Assembly: GCF_001194135.2 (NCBI RefSeq)
Contig: NC_068987.1
Span: forward strand, 59,563,473 to 59,596,228
Direction: 5' to 3'
Length of the DNA stretch: 32,756 nucleotides
Source: Octopus bimaculoides
Taxonomy: Eukaryota
Part shown: positions 20,775 through 32,585 of the stretch, in pieces
How the letters are laid out: the number at the start of each line of letters is the position of its first letter
How positions within the stretch are numbered: position 1 is the first letter of the stretch
The notes under the pieces: model-generated
Database searches by the model: none
Seen by the model: only the letters and a program-made list of their open reading frames with translations
Told to the model about the DNA's origin: nothing
Made by a program: the position numbers and the translations under genes

Positions 20775-21455
20775 CTATTACAAGAACAACAAAAAGAACA
20801 TCACTAAATTGAAAAACAAAATATAATTTACATTATGTATATGAACTACCAAGCAAACTTAGATTAATATAGGAATGGTGAAGATTCCAGAACTGGAGAA
20901 TGTACTTCTTTAGTGTTAGCTCACTGCAAAAAAAAAAAACAAAAACAAAAAAAACGCCTGTCCAGTACCATCAAAGCATTAAAGTGGTTTATCAAATAAG
21001 AAACATGAGCTGTGAAATCCCAAACAAATCTCAACAAACCCAGCACACATACTGAAGATAGATCTTAGCAGACTTAGACAGGAGACTGCATCATAAGCAC
21101 TGGCCTTAATCTTCAGGCCACAAAAACTACTAACCTTTTATAAGGTCTGCACAATGAAGTACTTACTGTTCCCACAGTGCTGTAGCTACATACACAGCCA
21201 GCCCAAAACATGTCACTCAAATGATTAGCATGAATGAGCTCACATGGGCTAATGATAAACTTTCAATCAGCCAAATATAAAATTAAAAATTCAAATATGT
21301 TTTCTAGATGCACATTTAGAAATTCTGAGCAAAATAACTGTTTCTGGCAAATTGTGGTCTATTTGAGTGTAAACGTATGCACATGCGAATACACACACAA
21401 GGATGCATAATTAGACATCAGCAAGAACATAATTCCAGTGAAGAAGTATACGTAC

Positions 21456-21523
21456 ATAATAAACTTTATTCACAGAATTATTCTTCCAGGAAATGGAATT
21501 CTTGTTCTTTAGGGCTCTGCTTA
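21456..21523 (-). CDS. GNPTAB: GNPTAB exon (68 nt, phase 1-0): VSRALKNKNSISWKNNSVNKVYY
   Basis: Acceptor tatttccag after poly-T, donor TAT|gtacgt; supplies the required phase 1 to 0 bridge. Confidence 0.82.
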
Positions 21524-21649
21524 CTGGAAATATAGTTGAAAAAAAAAAATTGAAAATCAAATAATGTGTTCTTATAGTTTAAAGGACAAAATAAGACATG
21601 AATCAAAGGCCATGTGGGCCCCAGTTAAGAACCACTATGATCACAAAGT

Positions 21650-22330
21650 CAAATCTTAAAACAGCCATTATGTGTTCTACACCTGAGGAAGACACTACTT
21701 TCTTTCTGCCTTGGTTTTCTGGCTAACAGCAGGTTCCACACCTACCACACAGTTCAGAGATTGCTTACAAGTACAAACACAACTGCCCTAACAATGCACA
21801 AATGTCTGCATTTGAAAGAAAAAATACAACATTCAAACCCTCTTTAGGCATTGAAGATAATTCAGTTGCCAACAGCTGCAGACTGTACAAGGCTCGAGTA
21901 TGGCCCACAGTGGAGCACTGCATCTGAATCTGGAATTGGGCTGATGCAACACACATTGACATCTTGGGTTCTGTCCAGAAAAAGGGCCTCTTGACTGATA
22001 AGCATTCCATCACTAAAAGACACTTCACCTTCTGGCCCACAGGCATACTGTTTTCTTTCTGTCTTTTCTGTAGTTACTAAAATGACCTCTACTCTTCAGA
22101 GGTGGCTAGTCTTGTATCTCCACATGCCCAAGTGTCCCAACACATGTGCCTTTCCGCTGCTCATCATTCTCGTTGCACCTACACATCTCAACCAACACCA
22201 TACTAAACACTGTTCCCAGTTTTTCTTCCTCAGAAGATCAGCTGTCTGGAACCTCTTCCTTATGTCTTTCCAGCAGGTGTTGATCTGCAACAGCTCAAAT
22301 ACATACATTAACAGTCTCAATCTCATTAGT
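21650..22330 (+). mobile_element. CR1/L2-type LINE 3' fragment, decayed
   Basis: Frames give LYKARVWPTVEHC..IW..ADATHIDILGSVQKK, AHR, SSEVASLVSP and HCSQFFFLRRSAVWN, matching the CR1 C-terminal pattern LYKAQVRP.MEY...HRR...FFPRT...WN. Confidence 0.7.
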
Positions 22331-22516
22331 CTTAGGAGGGTCTGTAAGGGTCATGGGTTCTGCCTCTTCCTCCAGATTCAGCAGAAAAAGAGAATCTGGG
22401 ATGGAAAAATATAAAGCTGATGGTAAAGAAAGGGAAAATGGAAACACAGAAAGGAAGCTAATCCTCTTGCCAACATAGTTCAGAAATGAAAAAAAATCAC
22501 CAAAGAATATAAATAC

Positions 22517-22713
22517 CTGCAGCCTCATTATCATATGACACAACTGTCACCATGCGGCTGTTGTCAGTATTGTTCATCGTGGTGACATCAGTGGCTTCAT
22601 TAAACAGAGAATACTTCTGACGTAGATCTTCCAAAGGCAGGGAACTTGGAAACTGAGGATCGATGACAATGAGGTCTGCTGGTACACAGTCACTGAATAT
22701 GCAGGTGTCAACC
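22517..22713 (-). CDS. GNPTAB: GNPTAB exon (197 nt, phase 2-1), spacer-1: VDTCIFSDCVPADLIVIDPQFPSSLPLEDLRQKYSLF...VVSYDNEAA
   Basis: Acceptor ccttttccaag after a long pyrimidine tract, donor G|gtattt. Open frame with the C-x4-C and IDP pattern of spacer-1; phases match both neighbours. Confidence 0.88.
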
Positions 22714-23699
22714 CTTGGAAAAGGAAGGAGGAGGAAAAAAAGAAGGCATTGTCAATAGAAAAGTCTTTCTTATTAAACTTCAAGAAAAAGACAGTTAAAT
22801 CAGCTGAAAAAGAAACACAGAAACAAAACAAAAGGAATAAAAAAAAAATAGCAAGGCACTTTGGAGGATCTAAGATGGCCAGGATGGTATTGACTTCACT
22901 GTAAGAATTCTCATCAAAATGAGGAATAAACTAGGTGTTAAAGGAAACTATCTTAATAAGTAATTTGTAGTGACAAATTTAAAATCAATCCTTCAAAAGG
23001 ATGTGGGGCAATAAGTGATTATATAGCTGCAGACGAACATAGAGAGACTCTAGGCCCTCCTTCCCTTGACCCAGTGTGACACCAAGGATGTAACAGCTGG
23101 AGGGACAGGGGGCTGTACTAGCTGGTGGCTGTCCTCATTTTTGCTTGAATAGATTAGAATATAAAATGAAGTGCAGTGTATATGTGTATGTACGAATGCA
23201 TGAATATATAATGAAGTGCATGTTAATATATATAGACACATACGTATGCATATGCAGACAACATATACATCATGTAGGTGTGTGTGTTTCTATCATCAAC
23301 ATCAACACAACCACCAACAGCAGCAATAATATATAGTAGGACATAGATAAGCAAATCCATTTCAAATAAAAACGTATGTGGTATCTTAGTGTATTTTAAA
23401 AGTTGAATAAAATGTTTTGATCTCAGGTTTGTGAGGATTGATTTGAGATTGAACAACTACAATAAAACAATTAGCAAGACCAATATAACAACACCACAAT
23501 CTCTGCCAACAGTCATTAACATTTAAACTAATGCAACCCAATAACTTCTGAATCCAACTGGCTACTAGATATATCAGCTTGTACTTCAACAATGCCTGTG
23601 CATGTGTGCATAAGTATGTATGTGAATGTGTGTGTTTGTGTGTGTGTGTGTGTATGAGTGTATGTGTGTCTCTCTCTCAAGTCAGAAGTGCAATAATGA

Positions 23700-24828
23700 G
23701 TGAATCGTCTATAAAATGTGGCGAACCTTCTTTTAGACAATGCACCAAGCCATCTGGCAAATTTAGATGCACTTTTTGATAATGTGAGAATAGAACACAT
23801 CCCTAAGAATATAACTTCTTTGCACCAGACACTGAATCAAAGTGTGATAGCTAACTGCAAAGAAAATTATATGAGAACTTTCAAACAATTTATGAAAGCA
23901 ATTGACAGGGAAGATAAACCTAGTTAGAGATTTCTGAAAAAAATCTAACATAATGGCTAATGGATGTTGTGGATAATACAGCTGAGTCATGAGATAAAGT
24001 GAAACCTTCAACTTTGAATAGTGCTTGGCAAAATATATGGCCAGACTGTATCTGAAATTACATGTTTTCCTCAAGCAGAAAGATATTGTGACACTTGCAA
24101 AAGATGTAGGATTTGAATAAGTCATAGAGGATAATGTGATTGAGTTGCTATTGTCAGAGAAAGAAAGTTTATCTAATGAGAAGCTGATGCTTTTAGAAAA
24201 AAGAACACGCAGAGAATACAATACAGACGAGCCACTTAAATTGGTTACAAAAATTATTGCTAAAGAGTTAGCACCTATAGAGGAAGGTTGGCAGGTTTTT
24301 GCTAATCATGAACATAACATAAACATTACAAAAGGAATTTACAATGAGCTCAGTTAATATACTAAGCTGTACAAAGAGATGATGTGTCATAAACAAACAA
24401 CTTTGGATAAATTCTTCATCGCTCAAGCTGATGTCCATGATAATGAACTATAAGATAGCAAATATTATTCCTCACCCTCCTAGTAATGTTCATTCCACCA
24501 CCACCCCTCACGCAATAGTCAACAGCTTTTGTGGTAAAAATGTACCCTTATGATATGATTCTTATTAATTCCCTAACCTTCCTCTCAGAACGCTTTTGTA
24601 TTTTTATGTATCTGTAATGTAGTGTGTATGTTTAGAAATTGTCATTTTCATGTACAAAGGTGATCATGTTGCTTGTTCTCTGTTGTTTTTTAGGGAATTT
24701 TTCTTTTTTTTCAAATAAATCTGCAGGAACGCAATCTCACTTGATTACATAGAAATCAATAGGAAAATTAATTTCGCGCTATGGCCAGATTTTCAGAAAC
24801 ATTACTTCTGTAAAGTGAAGGATTCCTG
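23700..24828 (+). mobile_element. Tigger/pogo-family DNA transposon remnant (DDE_1 domain and right end)
   Basis: LLLDNAPSH...IPKNITSLHQTLNQSVIANCKENY, then ..VKPSTLNSAWQNIWPDC and IELLLSEKESLSNEKL. Terminus gtaaagtgaaggattcctg is followed by TA at 24829-24830. Confidence 0.82.
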
Positions 24829-25230
24829 TATGCAAATATATATGTACATTTCTCTTTTAAATGTACTTTGAACATGTGGCTATTCTCTCTAACTTTTATA
24901 TATTTTCTTTTAGTGCTTAATGTTGTTTGGAGTAATGAACAATGAACATGCAAGGTCCATCGATGCTTCAAGACTTTCCTGATGCCGTCTTCTAAATGGA
25001 ATATTTTCTAACTGATATACAGAACCTGTACCTCTTCTGACTGTCATATATTGCAAAAGATTAAGCATTGACAAGCAATTTGGAAACAGATATCACACAA
25101 GGATTGGTCAACAGGCGGCCAGCTTTTGTAGAAGTGCTGCAACCAAGCCAGATGTTCCTAGGTATTAGGAATAAAAATGAGTAAGAGTGGAGCAAGATTA
25201 GCATCGTAAGGAAATGGAACAAATATTTAC

Positions 25231-25350
25231 CTTGATTCATTTAACTGAGTCTGAAGCATTATTTTGACACGTTGCAATTTTGAAATCAGTTCAGGATCAG
25301 ATCCGTTTACCCAGGTGTAGACAACATCTATGGGCATTGGTGAACACAAC
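25231..25350 (-). CDS. GNPTAB: GNPTAB exon (120 nt, phase 2-2), Stealth CR1: [39 protein letters not shown]
   Basis: Acceptor ccatctag, donor AG|gtaaat; contains the [11 protein letters not shown] hallmark. Confidence 0.96.
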
Positions 25351-26342
25351 CTAGATGGATCCAAAGTACAAATAATAATCATTTGTTATTTTCACACAAG
25401 ATTACAAATTTATTGGGGGAAGTCAATTATTTTAACAACGACAAGAATGAATTGAAAGACAACATTAATCTCTAGATAAAATTGAACTCAGAATGTAGAG
25501 AGCGAAAAGTAAACACAGTTCAGCAGGCGGGGAACTTTTTTAACCAATTACTCCAAAATATATTTATTTACAGCCACATTACCCCCTTGATTTGAAAGGA
25601 AGAAAATTATAGATTCTTTGAATTCAAAAGGTTTATTGAATCTATTTATATGGAGAAAACAATTATAGACATAAAAAGTATAAAACAAATGCAATAAAAT
25701 AAATTAATATCTTCATTATGAAACAAAAGGATTTTTCTAGAAACTTTTTCACTTCAGGTTTTGGAGAAATGACGTTTCATTTTTGTTACAATTATATCAA
25801 AATTGGGGCATTTTGATGCCAGAGCAATTTGGATACAATCTTCGGAGTCCAACCAATTTTCTTAAAGGGTCAAAGTGAATAACTACTTAAACAAAGCAAA
25901 AATAACTGTTGAAAAATAAGGTTATGGTGAGTATAGACAACTGACAAATAGTATCTGTTTAGTCAATGCCTTAGCAATCAAATTGTAGTTCAAAATGGTA
26001 TGATGTCTCCTAAGCATGTCCATTACAATGGACAGATGCAGCAATGCTAGAAGAAAAGTTTCTGTTGTAACAAGGAACCTGTTCTCTATGTAATTTTACT
26101 TATGTCTAATGAGCCCTCACTATCCACAAGAATTTCCTTTTTACCCCACTCAGAGTAATTTACCGTGGTTTGCTGACCCCTGATTTAGTTCAATAAATTA
26201 CTGGACACCTCCAATATCTATCACTTTGCAGCTCCAACTGATCATTCTGTCTCTTCCCCACTAAATGTGAGTAACCATGCAGCTCTTCTATAAGTACCTG
26301 GTCAGCATCCTAACTTCTCTCATACTTAAACCGTACTCTCAT

Positions 26343-26562
26343 ACTTTGTTACCATATTTCTGTTGATATATATTGCTTCTGTCTAAATAAATTTTGGAAA
26401 TAATGAAGAATTCAGTAAAATATCTTTGAAGTTATTAAGCTATTATTTGGAATGTAAATTTACGTGGAATTTTGATGGTAAATCTTAATTAAGATCATTT
26501 GAAAAGATTAACTTTATAAAAGAGAAACATGGACAATTTTGTGCAAGTTGGTATCAAAAGAG
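26343..26562. mobile_element. TTAA-ended MITE, second family, copy 2
   Basis: ctttgttaccatatttctgttg...aataatgaagaatt...ggtatcaaaagag-TTAA, collinear with 19083-19305. Confidence 0.6.
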
Positions 26563-26626
26563 TTAACTCCAGATGTTCTAGCATAAATCCACCCCACCTT
26601 TCCCTCAGGGCATGTAGTCTTGCAAT

Positions 26627-27175
26627 CATCATCATCATCATTTAACGTCTGTTGTCCATGCTGGCATGGGTTGAATGGTTTGACCAGGGCCAGCAAGCTG
26701 AGGGGCCGCACCAGACTCCAGTCTGATTTGGCATGGTTTCTACAGCTGGATACCCTTCCTAACGCTAACCATTCTGAGAGTGTAATGGGAGCTTTTATGT
26801 ACCACTGGCACCAGTATCCCCATAACTGCGATCGATTTCACTTGGCTTGATGAGTCTCCTTCTTAAACATGACATATTGCCAAAGGTCTTGCTCATGTGT
26901 CATTGCCTCCGCGAGGCCCAACACTCGAAAGGTGCTTTTTACGTGCCACTGGCATTGGACACATTGTCTCCTTGAGGCTTAATGCTCAACAGGTGCTTTT
27001 TATGTGCTGCCAGCATGGGTGCTAGATATGTCCATGAGGCCAAACATTTGAAAGGTGCTTTTTACGTGCCATGTATGAAACATCAGCATCAGCCACATGA
27101 GGCCCAACTCTTGAAAGGTGATTTTTATGTGCCACCAGCATGGGTGTCAATTATGTGGCATGGTACCAGCCATGA
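26627..27175 (-). mobile_element. Long family A copy with a tandem array of ~62-bp modules
   Basis: (cat)n tail and family A body, then four units starting at 26913, 26974, 27036 and 27099. Confidence 0.75.
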
Positions 27176-27260
27176 CAGGTCTGGAATCCATAGGCAAAAA
27201 CTAGTTGAGCACTAGTTGAGCACGAGTCTGTAGAGAACTTTGCCCCTACATCTCTCAAAG

Positions 27261-27332
27261 GACCCATGCAATCATACATATTAAAATGATTATGAAGACC
27301 CATGCAATCATAGATATCAAAATGATTATGAA
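27261..27332. repeat. 36-bp tandem duplication
   Basis: gacccatgcaatcatacatattaaaatgattatgaa repeated with 2 mismatches. Confidence 0.85.
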
Positions 27333-27899
27333 GATTTTGAACATAGACATAAGGTTACAATGTTTGAGGAATGGTTTAATTGATTTTATTGACCCTGGTA
27401 CCCAAATGGTACTTTATTTCGTTGAATTCAAACCATTTCAAATAAATGACAAGGAGAAAACAAATTTTAAGGCAAAAACTGTCAAATTAAGGAATTAAAG
27501 AAAAATAACAACAACACTGTAAATGAATGCTACATTCAAAGAATAATTCCATGATCTAATTCAGGAGTGGGTACCCTTTTTACATATGAAGGCTACTATG
27601 AATTTAATGAAATCTAATAAAGCTTCAGCATTGAAGGAAATTTTATTAAATACATGAAAAGAATATAATTACATTTATTGTGAAAATGTAATTATAAATA
27701 AAGAATAAAATGTTTTGAATGACACAACAATGCACTATAGTACAAGTACAAACAATGGACTATAATAACTGTTGTAATTTAATCATCCATAGTCTGATAT
27801 GATATTTCGGAATAAAGTTTCCTTCTTCAGATATTCCTAGGAATTGATGGGGTCACTGCTATAATTGGTTTTCCAATGGCTTTTCTGGGTTTTTTTCTC

Positions 27900-29530
27900 T
27901 GAGATAACACTGACACTGAGGACACCAGCACACCATCAACAACAAAAGCCTTAGTCACACACCTGAATGGATCACTCTCCCATGAAGAACTAGAACTTCT
28001 CAGTCTGGGCCCTAAATTTGTCTTGAGCCAACAGCCGAATGAAAAAAATCTTATTTAACCTGGAAGCCAACTTTTGTCGAACAGCCTCCCTACTCAAATG
28101 GCTATCGGTGATAAAGAAGAAGAAGAACACATTCGGCAAATTTCCCATGCCCCAACTAGACCACCCACCAACCAAGAACTCAACGACAAACTATCCAGAT
28201 TGAAATAATTTATCTCCAACATTTTAAGGAAGGAATTGAAAATAACATCAAACTTAACCAAGGCGCAACATAAGACATTGACTAAACTAAAAAACAAAAA
28301 CCTTATCTACTTACCATCAGATAAAGGAAAAGAAATGTGTGTGATTTCTTGTGAAATATATGATAGACTAGCACTAGAACATTTAAGCAATGACAGGCTA
28401 TATTCTGAGGTGACAGATACGACTATGACCAGGATTGACGACTGAATTAACACCGCATGGACAGACATCTGTAGACGGAGACAAATACATAACAAATGCA
28501 AAAACAACTTCATCACAAAGAACAGTAGATTACCCAGATTTCATCACCTCATTAAAAAACAAAGGATAGCAACACAATCCAGATTAGACCCATTGTCTCC
28601 AGCGAAGAAGGACCTCTATATAAAATATCCTGGTTACTTTCTCACATACTGAAACCTATACTCTCTATCTTTCCTGGACATGTCAAGAACTCTGACAAAG
28701 TCATCAAAAGACTGCACCAACTCAGGCAAAACAGATATGCCTTTAGTCTTGACGTTGTCTCAATGTACACAACGGTGCCAGCACACTCGGCGGTCAACCT
28801 ATTGACTGACTGCATAACAGCGTCTGACATCCAATGCTTCGGACTTACTGCAGCTGATATACATCAACTTTTGTCCATCATCATGGACAACATCTACTTC
28901 TCTTTCCAGGACCACATATACAAACACACAACAGGTCTCCCCATGGGATCCAGTCTCTTGGGCCTACTAGCCATCACATATATGAACCATCTGGAACGTC
29001 GTGCACTCAACATCTGCCGCTCATGTGCCTTCTTCACTAGGTACGTAGATGACATCCTCATACTCACATCCTCCCGTGAAAGGGCTGACAGAATATTCAT
29101 GACATCCAATAACATGGACATGAACATAAAGTTCACTATAGAACATCCCAACATCACTGGATCACTACTTGACTTCCAACTGAATATAACAGAAGAAGGG
29201 GAAATCTACACTGAGTTCTACAGGAAAGCAGCCAGTAGAGATATGTTTGTCCAGTACAATTCAGCACTTCCACTGAGTGCCAAAATAGGATACACCCAAA
29301 ATGAACTTGCACGCATCCAAGGCAAGTGTTGGAGGACAGAGGACAAGGTGACGCACACTACACACTTCCTAGATATATTGAAAACCAATGGGTACCCTAG
29401 ATCCATTGGCTTAAGTACCCAAGATGACCAGCACGCCAAACATATAGAAAACCCAGCAACGCATGCTTCCTTAAAATACCCCATTTTAGCAAGAAGATAA
29501 CTATGAAATCCAGGTTTCCACCATGGGACT
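27900..29530 (+). mobile_element. Penelope-like retroelement, decayed RT, truncated before the GIY-YIG endonuclease
   Basis: Frameshifted translation gives ELELLSLGPKF, SNLTKAQHKTLTKLK..LIYLPSDKG, IRPIVS, FSLDVVSMYTTVP, GLPMGSSL, RYVDDILI, IKFTIEH, FYRK and NGYP, the motif order typical of PLE reverse transcriptases. Antisense to the host gene. Confidence 0.9.
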
Positions 29531-29617
29531 GAACATGGCCTGAAAGGTTGCATATGTCCCAACTCCACTGCTAAATGAAATAGAAATCTGTTAGATTGTT
29601 GATTTTGTGATATTTAC

Positions 29618-29703
29618 CTGTGTTTAAATGAATGACCGGCAACATTGTCTGTGAATGAACTAAACATAGTAATGTACTGCTTCTGGCTCCATTGCATCAC
29701 AGT
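29618..29703 (-). CDS. GNPTAB: GNPTAB exon (86 nt, phase 0-2): TVMQWSQKQYITMFSSFTDNVAGHSFKHR
   Basis: Acceptor ttttctttccag and donor AG|gtaaat. Resembles the vertebrate segment [29 protein letters not shown] that follows the N-terminal TM helix. Confidence 0.92.
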
Positions 29704-30341
29704 CTGGAAAGAAAAGAAAGAAACTAGAATTAAATGTTGGACAATCATAATATTGGTTTGTGGGTAAGGTGCATCACCCTGCTTGCCTCCATCTGCATGG
29801 ATAACAGATGGTTGCTCTTGTCACAAAAAGAGAAAAACGAATAATAACAAATACAGGGTATAGCCATTATCATTGTCTTTATGAAGATTTTTTTTTATAT
29901 TTGCTTAGGTGAGAAGAGAGTATGTAGTCACTTGTGCTATTTTGCCACAATTATGCATAGTTCTAATGTTCCACAACCCAACAATGGTTTTACTCATGAG
30001 TGTCATGAAGTGTATTAGCTGTATAGTATCATTTCATTTTAAGCTGCAATATTTCATTCTTCCTTTGCAGAGTCATTCAGATCTCCAGAATTGTGAGATT
30101 TACTTCATTATATTTTTTTCATTGATGATTCTGGAGCTGATGTAGATTTTTGCAAAAAGCGGATGCTAACACCATGCCAACCAAGGATCCCAGAGAATAT
30201 TCTTTAATCTGGCTGCTACACACTGACCTGCCAGGCATGATTGAATCTCCCCAGGATCACAGAAACATGCAAGTGTCCCTGCTGCCACCACCATAATATT
30301 TATATACATAATATATATATATACATAATACATATATACAT

Positions 30342-30372
<31 letters not shown>

Positions 30373-30405
30373 ATATTATTAGGGACAAAATCCAAAATTA
30401 CAGGT

Positions 30406-31149
30406 NNNNNNNNNNNNNNNNNNNNNNNNNNNNNNNNNNNNNNNNNNNNNNNNNNNNNNNNNNNNNNNNNNNNNNNNNNNNNNNNNNNNNNNNNNNNNNN
30501 NNNNNNNNNNNNNNNNNNNNNNNNNNNNNNNNNNNNNNNNNNNNNNNNNNNNNNNNNNNNNNNNNNNNNNNNNNNNNNNNNNNNNNNNNNNNNNNNNNNN
30601 NNNNNNNNNNNNNNNNNNNNNNNNNNNNNNNNNNNNNNNNNNNNNNNNNNNNNNNNNNNNNNNNNNNNNNNNNNNNNNNNNNNNNNNNNNNNNNNNNNNN
30701 NNNNNNNNNNNNNNNNNNNNNNNNNNNNNNNNNNNNNNNNNNNNNNNNNNNNNNNNNNNNNNNNNNNNNNNNNNNNNNNNNNNNNNNNNNNNNNNNNNNN
30801 NNNNNNNNNNNNNNNNNNNNNNNNNNNNNNNNNNNNNNNNNNNNNNNNNNNNNNNNNNNNNNNNNNNNNNNNNNNNNNNNNNNNNNNNNNNNNNNNNNNN
30901 NNNNNNNNNNNNNNNNNNNNNNNNNNNNNNNNNNNNNNNNNNNNNNNNNNNNNNNNNNNNNNNNNNNNNNNNNNNNNNNNNNNNNNNNNNNNNNNNNNNN
31001 NNNNNNNNNNNNNNNNNNNNNNNNNNNNNNNNNNNNNNNNNNNNNNNNNNNNNNNNNNNNNNNNNNNNNNNNNNNNNNNNNNNNNNNNNNNNNNNNNNNN
31101 NNNNNNNNNNNNNNNNNNNNNNNNNNNNNNNNNNNNNNNNNNNNNNNNN
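30406..31149. other. Assembly gap (744 N)
   Basis: Run of N. Confidence 1.
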
Positions 31150-31293
31150 GTTAGGAAGGGCATCCAGCTGTAGAAACTCTGCCAAATCAGATTGGAGCCT
31201 GGTGTAGTCATCCGATTTCACCAGTCCTCAGTCAAATCGTCCAACCTATGCTAGCATGGAAAGCGGACGTTAAACGATGATGATGATGATGAT
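31150..31293 (+). mobile_element. Family A copy cut by the assembly gap
   Basis: gttaggaagggcatccagctgtagaa...gacgttaaac(gat)6, starting at the first base after the N run. Confidence 0.8.
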
Positions 31294-32484
31294 ATATATA
31301 CATGCATATATGGATACAGGATGTTACCAACGGTGCAAATAACATGAAATATGTTAACAAATGAGTTAACTACGTAAATGATACAATATGGAAAACAGGG
31401 CAAATAAACACAGAGAAAGGACCCTTCAACAGCTGTTGGCTGTCTATCTACTCCTCATTTCGAGTATTCAACAACGATATGAGTCTTCAGAGACAGTTGC
31501 TCCCATAAATTCTAAACTAAAATTTAGGATTTATGGAGGGTCAAAGTTGAGAACAAAAACATGACAGTGGAGACAGACAAGGAAACCGAATGAAAACAAA
31601 CATGGAGGGTCATTAGATCAGAATGAGAGGAACATAGTGATGTGATGTGTGTGTGTATTTATATGTGTGTGCAAAATTATAAGTATATATACATATATGT
31701 GTAGTATGTATGAAACTACTGAATCCTTTTATTTGAAATGCATTCAAGAACATCAGGAAGATTATATGTTAATAAAATATAGAAACACACACATATGTTA
31801 CTGAACAGTTTCAAACTGAAGTCCATTAAAGAGAAGAATGACAAGATGTGACAGAAGGCATTTAAAAGGTTAACAAGGAGAGCAAACAAGGTTGCTTTAT
31901 ACACAAAATACATACAGTCAATAAACAATATCTGTAAAGAATATTCAAGGGTAAACAAAGCAATGAAAAAGATTAACAATAACTGATAAATCAGTTAAAG
32001 AAAATGTTTAATCAATACACTCATAGTGTTTAGATAAGAAAGTCAAAGCTTCAGTGCAACATATGGAAAAATGAATTGTATGATACCACTGAGTTGTTTT
32101 GTGTAAATTAGTCAGAGATGGCAGGGTTGTGATATTCTGTAAGCCCTCCTAGAGTGAACATTTGCTGCTTTTAGTTAACATCTGTAGGTGAATATTTATA
32201 TGAAAAATACACATGTACATACATATACACAACCATGTACAGAAATACAAACATCCATACATGCATACACAATAACATATAGGATCACTAGGAAGATGCC
32301 ATATGGTGAATTTGTTTGTGGAAAGCACCCCCAGCTGGGCCCATCAGTCACCAGTGGAACCACAAGCGGAAAGTGGACAATATTTGTTTGAGTGCAGAGT
32401 GTTCTTAATGGTCAATGATGGTCTTCCTCAGTCATCATTCATTCATTCATACATACATACACACACACACATATATAAATATAT

Positions 32485-32570
32485 GACATTAGGAAGGGCA
32501 TGCAACTGTAGAAACCATGTCAAATCAGATTGGAACCTGGCATAGAAAATGGACGTATGATGATGATGAC
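32485..32570 (+). mobile_element. Short, internally deleted family A copy
   Basis: ttaggaagggcatgcaactgtagaa...attggaacctgg joined directly to aaaatggacg(tga)n. Confidence 0.6.
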
Positions 32571-32585
32571 CATATATATATATAT

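Larger units (their letters stand above)
736..29703 (-). other. GNPTAB: GNPTAB gene span (19 visible coding exons, incomplete at both ends)
   Basis: 19 GT-AG exons splice in compatible phases into one 2483-nt open frame. It contains [40 protein letters not shown], two LNR repeats, EEGELTKKGY, FPWEK and DTFADS...RKVPAHMPHMID, in the order known for GNPTAB. Confidence 0.97.

Noticed and set aside
21560-21636. Possible hAT-type terminus (gggccccagttaagaaccact)
   Set aside because: Only one end is seen, with no TSD or partner TIR.
26913-27160. CRISPR-like repeat-spacer appearance (36-bp repeats, ~26-bp spacers)
   Set aside because: Repeats are degenerate, spacers resemble each other (ccagcatgggtg in units 2 and 4), the array lies inside a eukaryotic SINE, and there are no cas genes.
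30241-31221. Three ORFs of about 300 aa
   Set aside because: They run through the N gap and are artefacts.
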